IMG/VR virus record: IMGVR_UViG_3300037067_000914
Length of the DNA: 64,000 nt
Direction: 5' to 3' (one strand)
Source of the DNA: an uncultured virus (IMG/VR IMGVR_UViG_3300037067_000914)
Taxonomy: Duplodnaviria > Heunggongvirae > Uroviricota > Caudoviricetes
A program made the position numbers and the translations under genes. Position 1 is the first letter of the stretch. Every line of letters starts with the position of its first letter. The notes under the pieces were generated by a model. It was not told where the DNA came from, searched no databases, and was given only the letters and a program-made list of their open reading frames with translations. Shown in pieces: positions 48,501 to 57,502 of this stretch.

Positions 48501-48804
48501 ATTTAGGTTTAGAGTATGGGGCAAAAGAACCAAAGAACTTGAACTATTGGACGTTGCGTGTTTGTGCTCGTACTTAGACCAGGACGAAGATTATATTATC
48601 ATGCAATCCACCGGACTTACCGATAAGAATGGCAAGGAGATATTTGAAGGCGACTTGATAGAAGTCGGATACAGAATGGACTATCTAATTACCGTAGAGT
48701 GGGAACAAGAGACTGCGAGTTTTAGCGAGTCTGTGTGGCAGTATCCTGATGGAGTTGAAGTAGTTGGTAACATATACGAAAACCCGGAGTTACTAACCAA
48801 ATGA
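48487..48804 (+). CDS. YopX-family protein
   Basis: FRFRVW...MQSTGLTDKNGKEIFEGD...EVVGNIYENPELL. Confidence 0.85.
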   Translation: MKPNRFRFRVWGKRTKELELLDVACLCSYLDQDEDYIIMQSTGLTDKNGKEIFEGDLIEVGYRMDYLITVEWEQETASFSESVWQYPDGVEVVGNIYENPELLTK

Positions 48805-49028
48805 AACCACGTGTAGGACAACGAGGTGTACTTAGAGGGTACACCACTACGCCAGGTAGCACTCCCATTAACGGCACACCATTCGAAGTGATTGAAAGTC
48901 ACGAAAGTACCGTAGGTGCATTCTTTAGAATACGCATAAGTCCCCCGACAATATACGCAGGGGATTACAACGTAACACTGGCTAATGTTACACTTGAACC
49001 AACAGGTCAATTGGACTTGTTTGAATAA
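48801..49028 (+). CDS. small protein with C-terminal QLDLF motif
   Basis: Ends GQLDLFE. Confidence 0.7.
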   Translation: MKPRVGQRGVLRGYTTTPGSTPINGTPFEVIESHESTVGAFFRIRISPPTIYAGDYNVTLANVTLEPTGQLDLFE

Positions 49029-49045
49029 CCATAAGGTAACATACA

Positions 49046-49297
49046 ATGCGTATTGAAGATGTCAGAGTAGGTCAGATATTGGAGTGGACAAAAGGAAGAC
49101 ACACCTCTGATGAGTTTGTTGGGAAAAGGTTTAGAGTGACCAGAATAGAACCACGCACAGCCTCGTTTGGTGACTACAATGTTTACGGAGTCTTGCTGCA
49201 AAATATAGGATATTACAGGGAGGGAGAAGAATACAACTGCGGGTACAAAGATTGCATACCAGTCCCTGAAGTTGGGCAGTTAGACTTATTTGAGTAA
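49046..49297 (+). CDS. small protein with C-terminal QLDLF motif
   Basis: Ends GQLDLFE. Confidence 0.7.
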   Translation: MRIEDVRVGQILEWTKGRHTSDEFVGKRFRVTRIEPRTASFGDYNVYGVLLQNIGYYREGEEYNCGYKDCIPVPEVGQLDLFE

Positions 49298-49529
49298 CAA
49301 ATTATATACAGGAGTACCCATGCCTCACGTCAGATGTGGACGATGCGATAGACCATGCGACTTGTACTGTATACAAGCAGCACTAGCACGATTTATGGAA
49401 GAAAACCAGGAAGTATTAGACAAGGCACTACCTGATATGGACAAACCCATAAAGCTTAGTTTTTGTGGGTTTGAGATAATTCTTGACACAGACAGTACTT
49501 ATTGGATAAACGACACGACAGGTGGATGA
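49290..49529 (+). CDS. hypothetical protein
   Basis: CGRCDRPC; the start may be ATG 49320. Confidence 0.5.
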   Translation: MSNKLYTGVPMPHVRCGRCDRPCDLYCIQAALARFMEENQEVLDKALPDMDKPIKLSFCGFEIILDTDSTYWINDTTGG

Positions 49530-49537
49530 GTAACTAC

Positions 49538-49612
49538 TGCCCCTTAGTTCAATTGGCTGAGAACGTCGGCCCTACATGCCGGATGTTATAGGTTCGAGTC
49601 CTATAGGGGCAA
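49538..49612 (+). tRNA. tRNA-Val(TAC)
   Basis: Acceptor TGCCCCT/AGGGGCA; TCGGC-CCTACAT-GCCGG; T-arm ATAGG-TTCGAGT-CCTAT. Confidence 0.85.
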
Positions 49613-49677
49613 CTCAAGGACGTGTACTCTAGTCTTTATTCGTTCATTGAAATCATCACTAATCTAGGAGGCGTCTC

Positions 49678-50076
49678 ATGGAACCTATTGTATCCCCGTG
49701 GTTTATCTACTGGTTGGGTGTACTGGGAGGATTAGAGGTCTTCCTGCTCGTCCTCTCCGTCGTCACTGCCATCCTTGCGGTAATCTACCTTTTATGCAGT
49801 GTGGATGACGACACGGACAAGAACAACAGGCACGCGTACGCTAAAAAGAGTAGGGGGTTTCTGATCCTTCTAGCCTTCATAGCCCTTCTTATGGTGTTAA
49901 CCCCGTCGAAAGAGACGGTAATCGCCATGTACGCCAGCAGGCACGTCACCAAGAACAGCCTTTCCACAGCGGCGGGAGTTGTATCGAAGACGGCAGAGGA
50001 CATCAAGATGGACATAATTGACATTATCAGAGCGTTCACCGAAAAGCCCGACAGTACGAACAACAAGCGTCGTTAA
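49678..50076 (+). CDS. two-TM membrane protein
   Basis: MEPIVSPWFIYW...TPSKET; RBS AGGAGG. Confidence 0.7.
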   Translation: MEPIVSPWFIYWLGVLGGLEVFLLVLSVVTAILAVIYLLCSVDDDTDKNNRHAYAKKSRGFLILLAFIALLMVLTPSKETVIAMYASRHVTKNSLSTAAGVVSKTAEDIKMDIIDIIRAFTEKPDSTNNKRR

Positions 50077-50142
50077 CCAGCGGATGGTCTCCGTTCAGGT
50101 TCGACTCCTGGACGCTGGCAACTAATTTGTTAGGAGGTATTT

Positions 50143-50331
50143 GTGAAAGTATTCGAGGTCTCAATAAAGGCAGGCATCGTAGGAATGTTTCACGAACCAC
50201 AGAGTAAGTTTCGTGCTAAGTCGGAACAAGAAGCTGTTGATAAGCAGTGGAACAAGTCAGAGGCATTCTACAAAAAGCATGGAATTGAGAAACATATGCT
50301 ATTCGCAGAAGAGGTTAAAATAGAAGATTAA
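50143..50331 (+). CDS. hypothetical protein
   Basis: RBS AGGAGG; GTG start. Confidence 0.6.
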   Translation: MKVFEVSIKAGIVGMFHEPQSKFRAKSEQEAVDKQWNKSEAFYKKHGIEKHMLFAEEVKIED

Positions 50332-50349
50332 CTACTGGTCGAGAGGATT

Positions 50350-50574
50350 ATGGCTACAAAAATGTACCCTATTGGCAGTAAAGGTACAGTGAATCCAACC
50401 ACTGTGCCAAATGGCTTATCTGGTAAGCGGTTTGAACTGATAGGCATTGGCGGAGTGCCGCCATTTGTGTACCAAGTCATCATAAAAGGTTTTCCACATC
50501 GTATCAGCGCATGTGCTGAACATCTGATATTTGACAATATCCAAGAGAACACACAACTGGACTTATTCCAATGA
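50350..50574 (+). CDS. small protein with C-terminal QLDLF motif
   Basis: Ends TQLDLFQ. Confidence 0.7.
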   Translation: MATKMYPIGSKGTVNPTTVPNGLSGKRFELIGIGGVPPFVYQVIIKGFPHRISACAEHLIFDNIQENTQLDLFQ

Positions 50575-50825
50575 AAGATAAAAGACACAGCAAAGCCTAT
50601 TGGAATGGCCAGTCTGGTAAGAGAGTACTAACCTACCTGTTAGGTGTGGAGTTAAACCGTATAGATGATGTAAAAAGAATCTTCACTTTTGACAGAGTGT
50701 GTAACTGTGAGAGAACCCCAGTACATGGACTAGGATACTTAGACGGAGAAGGAGTAGCAGAATTCATAGACCTGATACACGCTGAACTGGTGGATGAAGA
50801 TAGACAATTGGAGTTATTTGAATGA
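50571..50825 (+). CDS. small protein with C-terminal QLELF motif
   Basis: Ends RQLELFE. Confidence 0.7.
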   Translation: MKDKRHSKAYWNGQSGKRVLTYLLGVELNRIDDVKRIFTFDRVCNCERTPVHGLGYLDGEGVAEFIDLIHAELVDEDRQLELFE

Positions 50826-51049
50826 AAACAGTGGTAGCAGGTAAGACATACAGATGGAGGTATACCCCTTCCCTGGTCAAAGACTTTATTGGGCACAAGT
50901 GTGTCTCGTTGAGAGGGGGAGACATTTCAGTAGTAGAAGTGCGTCTCTTAGAAAATGTTTTACACTTCCGGGTAGGAGATACTGTATACACCAGTACCGA
51001 TGCCTTAGAAGAATGCGACAATAGCCAACAGCTTGATTTATTTGAATAG
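50822..51049 (+). CDS. small protein with C-terminal QLDLF motif
   Basis: Ends QQLDLFE. Confidence 0.7.
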   Translation: MKTVVAGKTYRWRYTPSLVKDFIGHKCVSLRGGDISVVEVRLLENVLHFRVGDTVYTSTDALEECDNSQQLDLFE

Positions 51050-51078
51050 GCACAATAATTGCTACAAATCCTGTAACA

Positions 51079-51308
51079 ATGACACCGGCCCACTACGCTA
51101 ACACCAGCACATCCTGGTGTGCCTGACACGATCAGGTTAAACGCTTAGAAATGGGGGTGTCGTAATAGGCCAAAGAGCAACCAGCTTTGGCCGTGCTGGA
51201 CGTACTACGGAGTCGGCGCATTTAAACGGTGGTGGGCGGTTATGGTGGCGCGCCTGGTGTACTCCAACAGAGGCCCTTGGCACTGTGCTAATAGGCTCCG
51301 TACCGTCC
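51079..51308 (+). ncRNA. candidate ~230-nt structured RNA or leader
   Basis: At least five helices in an intergenic gap. Confidence 0.5.
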
Positions 51309-51326
51309 TCACTTTAAGGAGGAAAT

Positions 51327-51569
51327 GTGAAGTATAAAAAGGGGGATAGAGTACAGCTGTATAATACGGAACCAGATGGAGGGCCTGCGCCAAACAGTAG
51401 AGGTACAGTAATAGACGACGATGGTGTCTGTGGTGTATATACAGTAGCCTGGGATGGCTTTACACAAGGACATTCTAATGGTCAACATAGTGGGTGGAAT
51501 GTTCATCACAAATACTTTTACCTGATAAAGGGTAACGCACAACAGTTGGAGTTATTTGAGCAACCTTAG
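51327..51569 (+). CDS. SH3-like small protein with C-terminal QLELF motif
   Basis: KYKKGDRVQL...GTV...VAWD...GWNV; ends QQLELFEQP. Confidence 0.7.
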   Translation: MKYKKGDRVQLYNTEPDGGPAPNSRGTVIDDDGVCGVYTVAWDGFTQGHSNGQHSGWNVHHKYFYLIKGNAQQLELFEQP

Positions 51570-51622
51570 ACTTCAATACTTGCATATCACATAACCATTC
51601 ACCAAACACAAGGAGGTCAGAA

Positions 51623-52075
51623 ATGACCAAAGAAGCAATGCGTGAACTCGTCCACAAGCAGATCGTGGCGAGAACCCTGACGGCTCGCACCGTCTCCCCG
51701 AAGGTCCTGTCCATCGAGAAGGCACTGGCTCCGCTGGGCGACGGGTCCTGTCGGAGTGCCGTGGCCGAGGCCATCGGAGCGTCCATTGGGGAGAAGATCG
51801 AGCCCTCCTCCACCGGCTACCGGATGGGCGTGGCCTTCAAGATCAACCCGGAGTGCAAGGATCAGTACCCCGGAGGGACGATGAAGGGCCAGGTGTACGT
51901 GGCCATCGGGGACAACGTGGCGAAGTCCCGGCGTGAAGGGGGCCGTGAGTGGGTCGGCCTTCCGAAGATGGGCGGAACTCAGCACATGGTTCCGACCGAA
52001 GATGAGATCAAGGGCTACACGGACAATATGTCCGATGATGTCCTTTCCTTCTTCCTGCTCGCCCTGGCGGACTGA
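51623..52075 (+). CDS. hypothetical protein, probably highly expressed
   Basis: RBS AAGGAGG; strong C/G third-position bias. Confidence 0.7.
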   Translation: MTKEAMRELVHKQIVARTLTARTVSPKVLSIEKALAPLGDGSCRSAVAEAIGASIGEKIEPSSTGYRMGVAFKINPECKDQYPGGTMKGQVYVAIGDNVAKSRREGGREWVGLPKMGGTQHMVPTEDEIKGYTDNMSDDVLSFFLLALAD

Positions 52076-52173
52076 GCGTGGCAAACAGGACTTGATTTAG
52101 GCCAGTAGTTGAGTCAGGTAACTGACTTAATTACTCCGGGGTTCGACTCCCCGGAGTCTTGCTAAGGTACAAA

Positions 52174-53811
52174 ATGGCAACAACAACGGAGGTTAGTGTG
52201 CCCCCCACCAAACCTATACCCCCTGTGAGACCGGCCCACTTACGTCGATACGTAGTGGAATTCCGGGACGAATGGGGGGCTAAACAACAGACCAAGACTG
52301 ATAATCAGCTTGGTGAACAGATGATTTTGTTCGGAAGCAGGACTCCTTTGTATAGGTGCTTGGAGTGTGGTAAGAAAGTGGTAATGGTATGGTCTGCGTG
52401 TTCCTCTTGTCCTGAGAAGGATAAGCATAAGCATTGTGACCATTGCACAGTGCACCTTTGTCAGGATTGTAGACGTAATTACATACAGCCGTGTAAGAGT
52501 TGTGGTGGAATGTCTCCCAGACATCTATTCACGAGATTATCGTCAGGAATATTGGTATGTGATTCCTGTTATAAGAATCTGTGTAGCCCCTGTGAAAGTT
52601 GTGGTTCCAAGGAGCTAAGTCAGGAGCTGGTAAACGTCAGAACAAGTACAACTAAGGTCAAGAAGTATTGTAAGAAGTGCGCGTCTCAATACAGAACGTG
52701 CACTGAATGTAACAACAAAGCTGTTGACGATCAAATTAGTAAATTAGATAATCTGTACGTCTGTTCGAAGTGTTTACCACAGGTATCAGCTACTTGTGAT
52801 TGTTGTAAGAAACTGTTCCATAAGAGAAACGCCAAACAAGTAGCAAGAAGTGGCGAGCTGGTACTACTGTGCAATGAGTGCTTTTCCACAAAGTATTTTA
52901 AATGTGGGCAGTGTGGAAGTATACATCCACTGAGTAAGGAACACTATACAGATCGAATAACAAAGACTCATTACTGCATTCCCTGTTATAAACGAGAGTA
53001 CAACACTTCGATACAAAACTACTCACTTAAACCCATACCTAAGTGGTTTGGTGGTGGAACATCTCTCTTTATGGGGTTTGAGCTTGAGGTTGAGATGCCA
53101 CAGAACCCAAGAGGAGACGAGGCAGATCGAGTCATACAGTACCTACACAAGAATGAAATTTGTAAAGAGATGTTGTACTACAAGAGTGATGGATCGTTAA
53201 GTCATGGTATTGAGGTAATCACACACCCGTTCGTGTTTGAGTGGATGAAGGAACACAAGGAAGTTATAAAGCACATCAATGGTCTAGCCAATCTAGGATG
53301 TGCTTCGTACCATACCCGAACTTGTGGGTTCCACGTTCATATGTCTAAGGAGGCATTTACTAACGCGCAGTTATTTAAGTTTATGAAACTCATATACGAG
53401 AACCAAGAATTTACAAAGAAGATTTCACAAAGAACTTCGATTGAACGCATGAGTAGTTACGCGTCACTAACGGCTGGAAATCTAATCAATAGGGCAAAGC
53501 ATAAGAACAACCCACGAGAAGAGCGTAGAGGTGCTGTAAATCTGGCCCCTGCTCACACGGTGGAAGTACGAATATTCCAAGGCAACCTGAATCAGTCACG
53601 TATCTGGAAGAACCTGGAGTTCTGCCATGCTTTGTGGGCGTTTTGTAATGAGGTGACGTTCAAGGAAGTTACTGTACCTGTGTTCACTAAATTCATACAG
53701 GCACATAAGATCAAGTACAAAAACCTTGTACGGTTTCTGACCGGAGAGGTGGTTAAAGAGGACGACGAAGAAGAAGAGCCGACACCAGTAGTCAAAGGAA
53801 GGAGACCGTAG
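52174..53811 (+). CDS. putative amidoligase (COOH-NH2 ligase) with N-terminal CxxC repeat region
   Basis: GFELEVE, KSDGSL, GIEVITHP, TCGFHVH and TVEVRIFQG; many CxxC pairs. Confidence 0.8.
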   Translation: MATTTEVSVPPTKPIPPVRPAHLRRYVVEFRDEWGAKQQTKTDNQLGEQMILFGSRTPLYRCLECGKKVVMVWSACSSCPEKDKHKHCDHCTVHLCQDCRRNYIQPCKSCGGMSPRHLFTRLSSGILVCDSCYKNLCSPCESCGSKELSQELVNVRTSTTKVKKYCKKCASQYRTCTECNNKAVDDQISKLDNLYVCSKCLPQVSATCDCCKKLFHKRNAKQVARSGELVLLCNECFSTKYFKCGQCGSIHPLSKEHYTDRITKTHYCIPCYKREYNTSIQNYSLKPIPKWFGGGTSLFMGFELEVEMPQNPRGDEADRVIQYLHKNEICKEMLYYKSDGSLSHGIEVITHPFVFEWMKEHKEVIKHINGLANLGCASYHTRTCGFHVHMSKEAFTNAQLFKFMKLIYENQEFTKKISQRTSIERMSSYASLTAGNLINRAKHKNNPREERRGAVNLAPAHTVEVRIFQGNLNQSRIWKNLEFCHALWAFCNEVTFKEVTVPVFTKFIQAHKIKYKNLVRFLTGEVVKEDDEEEEPTPVVKGRRP

Positions 53812-54597
53812 ATGTGTGTAGCTATTGCCATACCCCCTGGCAAGGAGTTCTCGTACAACACGGCAAAGAACTGCTTCGACCGGAACAGAGATGGAGCCGG
53901 GTTTGCGTTCAACAACTTAGAGACTGGTAAAGTAGAGATACATAAGGGATACTTTACCCTTAAGGACTTCTGGAAGTCGTTTATACAATACCGTATGCGA
54001 TACCACCAGTCATCCTTCATGGCACACTTCCGTATCTCAACGCATGGTAAGGTGGATGAACCTAACTGCCACCCATTCCATGTGTATGAGGACGAGACAT
54101 TGGCATTCTGCCACAATGGAATCATATCTGCTATGCCAAAAGACGAGGAGAAGAACGACTCCAGAGTATTCATGGAAATAGTATTACAACAGTTACCCAG
54201 AGGATTCCAAGACAACTTTGCAATGCAGGTACTGTTACACATGGCAGTAACGTCGTCAAAGCTCCTGTTCCTTGACAATACTGGCAGATTTTCCTTTGTA
54301 AATAAGAAGGATGGGGAGACAAGTAAAGGGGTGTGGTACTCTAACACTTCCTACAAGTCTTACACAGTCACCACAACAACGTCACATAGTCTCGCAAAAA
54401 CAAGAAAGTGCCCCAAGTGTAACCAAGGAACAATATGGACAACAAGTGACGATAAAGCAAATATGTGTTACCACTGCCAAAAGAAATACCCGACACATTG
54501 TAAGACTTGTTCGATTGAGTTGGCACCTGACGAAAGATACGATGGAGAGTGTAGGATTTGTAGACCCAGGTGGGGGAGAGGAACATATGGGTATTAA
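53812..54597 (+). CDS. class II (Ntn) glutamine amidotransferase with C-terminal zinc ribbons
   Basis: Cys2, NRDGAG, HFRISTHG, NCHPF, HNGII and DSRVF. Confidence 0.85.
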   Translation: MCVAIAIPPGKEFSYNTAKNCFDRNRDGAGFAFNNLETGKVEIHKGYFTLKDFWKSFIQYRMRYHQSSFMAHFRISTHGKVDEPNCHPFHVYEDETLAFCHNGIISAMPKDEEKNDSRVFMEIVLQQLPRGFQDNFAMQVLLHMAVTSSKLLFLDNTGRFSFVNKKDGETSKGVWYSNTSYKSYTVTTTTSHSLAKTRKCPKCNQGTIWTTSDDKANMCYHCQKKYPTHCKTCSIELAPDERYDGECRICRPRWGRGTYGY

Positions 54598-55005
54598 GAT
54601 GACATATGAAGGCTTTGGTTATATGGACCAAAGAGTAATACTGGGGCCGTTAGAATATGCACAAGTAAAAGACTATCTCAGCATCTTTGTACTCTGTGTA
54701 CCGGTACTCATGGTACGGTTAGTGATCGCTGAACACAACAGAGGTTGGCATCTTGCAATCTTTGGGTTTAACTTCTCAGCGTGAAGGGGGGAGCAGTGGA
54801 ATTATACGACGAACCCGCCCAGGAAGATGACACAAGGCGAATGGAAATGTTACTAGCAGAACGTGACTTGGAAGAGGAGCTTTGGCATACTTATTGCTGT
54901 AATAAGGCTGTAAATAAAGGCGAAGAAAGGGCAAAACAACCTTGACAACAGGCCCTAATTTTCGTAAGTTATACCCGCACCGCACCACAAAATCATAGGT
55001 GGCAA

Positions 55006-55470
55006 TTGTCCTACACAGTAAAGTTCCGTTGTAAATCATGTGGTAAAGAATTCGAATCCGAGAGGGTGGAAAGCCCCAATGAGCTTGTAGCTATTATGGC
55101 TGGCCGACACCCGCAAATCCAACCCATTATTGGTCATCCTTGTAACGAGAACGACATAGGTATAGGCGAATGTTGTGGCCTTAACCTCATACAGGAGAAG
55201 GAATTACGCGTGCTAGAGTCTCCCATAGCGGAGACGGGGGAGCACACGCTAACTGGCAAAAGAGGACGGGGGAGGCCAAAAGCTTCTCCCTCCTCTGCGC
55301 CAGCGATTGATCCCACCAGTAATGTACGTGTATTCCTGGAGAACAGGAACATAGATATCCCTAGTAAAACCAAGAAGTTAACTGAGGAGAGTGTTGCTAA
55401 CTCCTTAGATATCAACAACTTGGTAGAGAATACCCCTACTGGCCTACCCACTCAAGTAGACTTGTCCTAA
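55006..55470 (+). CDS. hypothetical zinc-binding protein with AT-hook-like KRGRGRPK
   Basis: CKSCG; TTG start. Confidence 0.5.
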   Translation: MSYTVKFRCKSCGKEFESERVESPNELVAIMAGRHPQIQPIIGHPCNENDIGIGECCGLNLIQEKELRVLESPIAETGEHTLTGKRGRGRPKASPSSAPAIDPTSNVRVFLENRNIDIPSKTKKLTEESVANSLDINNLVENTPTGLPTQVDLS

Positions 55471-55479
55471 AACACATTT

Positions 55480-55746
55480 ATGACTGATAAAAACGCCACT
55501 GGCGTAACAGATATCTTTTCTCTGGACGATATCTCACGTATGTTATTGGTTAGTAAACCTAGCCTACAACACCGAGAGGATATTGGCATACTGCCTCAGC
55601 CAAAGAAACACGAAGACAACTCACCGTATTACACCCACCACGACGCAGTAGTAATCTGTGACATTTTCTTAGATAACGCCTTCTATGACAGAGATTTAGA
55701 TGAGGTTATCTATAGACCCGTACAACAAGGAGTTAAATGCAATTAG
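55480..55746 (+). CDS. MerR-like HTH protein
   Basis: FSLDDISRMLLVSKPSLQHREDIGILPQP...YYT. Confidence 0.5.
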   Translation: MTDKNATGVTDIFSLDDISRMLLVSKPSLQHREDIGILPQPKKHEDNSPYYTHHDAVVICDIFLDNAFYDRDLDEVIYRPVQQGVKCN

Positions 55747-55892
55747 ACTTGTTCTCAAAAGAAGACTCAAAGGTTCTAGCAAAGCGTCGCAGAGAACTAT
55801 GGAATGAGATACTAGCCCTATGGAGAAAAGAGCAGGACGAGTTTTTTCTGTATGGAAAGACCCCAGAACGATATCATATAAATCCTAAATAG
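55737..55892 (+). CDS. 51-aa protein with N-terminal QLDLF motif (not in ORF track)
   Basis: RBS AAGGAG; MQLDLFSKEDSKVLAKRRRELWNEILALWRKEQDEFFLYGKTPERYHINPK. Confidence 0.65.
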   Translation: MQLDLFSKEDSKVLAKRRRELWNEILALWRKEQDEFFLYGKTPERYHINPK

Positions 55893-55903
55893 TTAGGACA
55901 TTA

Positions 55904-57289
55904 ATGCCAGACCAGAACCTGACAGACCTGGGCAATTCGGAGAGACTGGTTGCGAATACTAAGGACGATATGCGGTATTGCCCCGCGTGGCGTTCATGGC
56001 TACACTGGGATGGAAGACATTGGGCTACAGACGACAGCACTGCCATCATGGAGAGGGCTAAGTCAGTCATAGCTTATATGCAAGTGGAAGCCCAGGGTGC
56101 TAATAACGAAGAGTACATGAAGTGGGCACAGAGGTCTGAGGATTATCACCATATCACAGCTATGATCAAGCTGTGTTCCCAGACCACGGGTGTAACTGTA
56201 TCACCTGAAGATTTTGATACTAACCCCATGCTTCTTAACTGCATTAACGGGGTCGTAGACCTGGAGTCAGGACAGCTGCTCCCCCATGACCGCGCGTACA
56301 TGATGACCCGATTAGTACCGGTCGTGTACAGACGTACTGCAGAAGCACCACGATGGCGTCAATTCATGCACGAAATCATGTCAGGTAATGGTGACTTGGT
56401 ATACTTCTTGCAGAAGGCTCTAGGGTACTCACTAACAGGTAGTACAAGAGAACAGTGTATGTTCATCTTGTATGGGAAAGGGGCTAATGGAAAATCTACT
56501 TTCATTGAAGCGATACGGAGTGTGCTTGGGGATTATAGTCGTGCTGCTGACCCCATGGTGTTCACCACTCGTAGGCAGGATTCTATCCGCACTGACCTTA
56601 TTCGTTTACGTGGCAGTCGCTTTGTATCTGCTGTTGAACTCAACCAAGACGCGAGGGTAGTCCTAGATGCCGCACTCGTTAAACAAATGTCAGGAAACGA
56701 TACACTGTCAGCGAGAATGCTGTTCTCCAACACCTTCTACGAATTCGTGCCCTCTTGGAAAGTATGGTTGTCTACGAATCCACTGCCTCATATCCCAGGA
56801 ACAGACCAAGGAATCTGGAGACGAATCAGACTAATTCGATTTGCGGCTAGTTTCGAAGGAGATGATGCTGATAAGAAGATCGACGAGAAGTTAGCACAGG
56901 AGAAGGAAGGTATACTGGCATGGTTAGTGGAAGGATGTATGAGATGGCAAAGGGAAGGACTGGAACCACCGGCATCAGTACAACGGGAGGTAAACGCATA
57001 CCGTGAAGAACTTGATCCTTTGGCGGGATTTATACGAGACAAGTGTCTTGTTCATGATGAGGCGATTATACCGAGCACTGAACTTTATGAAGCGTATACT
57101 GGCTGGTGTCAAGAAGCAAGGGAGAGACCCATGGGAAAACATCTATTCGGGCAGTCTCTTAAACTACGTCCGGGAATTGAGCAGGAGCGGACAAATACCC
57201 AGCGTTTCTGGACTGGCATCTGCCTTGGACGACAGGCAATTAAGAGGGTACATGTACTCTCAGTATCAACCGGGGAGGACGATGCCTAG
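55904..57289 (+). CDS. P4/D5-family SF3 helicase (primase C-terminal module)
   Basis: TDLGNSERL, LLNCINGVVDL, GKGANGKSTF, DQGIWRR. Confidence 0.9.
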   Translation: MPDQNLTDLGNSERLVANTKDDMRYCPAWRSWLHWDGRHWATDDSTAIMERAKSVIAYMQVEAQGANNEEYMKWAQRSEDYHHITAMIKLCSQTTGVTVSPEDFDTNPMLLNCINGVVDLESGQLLPHDRAYMMTRLVPVVYRRTAEAPRWRQFMHEIMSGNGDLVYFLQKALGYSLTGSTREQCMFILYGKGANGKSTFIEAIRSVLGDYSRAADPMVFTTRRQDSIRTDLIRLRGSRFVSAVELNQDARVVLDAALVKQMSGNDTLSARMLFSNTFYEFVPSWKVWLSTNPLPHIPGTDQGIWRRIRLIRFAASFEGDDADKKIDEKLAQEKEGILAWLVEGCMRWQREGLEPPASVQREVNAYREELDPLAGFIRDKCLVHDEAIIPSTELYEAYTGWCQEARERPMGKHLFGQSLKLRPGIEQERTNTQRFWTGICLGRQAIKRVHVLSVSTGEDDA

Positions 57290-57502
57290 CTCATATACTA
57301 CATATTCCACTTCGTGGAGTACTACCTCTAACTCTACTGCCACTACATACGAAGGTTATATCAGCCAACTGCAAGATGTTTATACGCGGCATCGAAGAAT
57401 GGCACTAGAATCTATAATACTTGATGACCTACAAGAAATGGCCAAACCAGAACCTAAGGGCCCAAGGTAGGGGACCAACTAGACCTATTTGAGGGTAAGT
57501 GA
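57282..57502 (+). CDS. Ser/Thr-rich small protein; zero frame stops at 57470, -1 frame continues to QLDLFEGK
   Basis: RBS GGGGAGG; the -1 frame TGA overlaps the next ATG. Confidence 0.5.

Noticed and set aside
47152..51557. QLDLF-coding 15-mers as a DNA repeat or recombination site
   Set aside because: Variation is almost entirely synonymous or conservative, which indicates protein-level selection.
55450..55470. C-terminal QVDLS as another clamp motif
   Set aside because: It lacks the terminal aromatic or large hydrophobic residue, so it was not counted.
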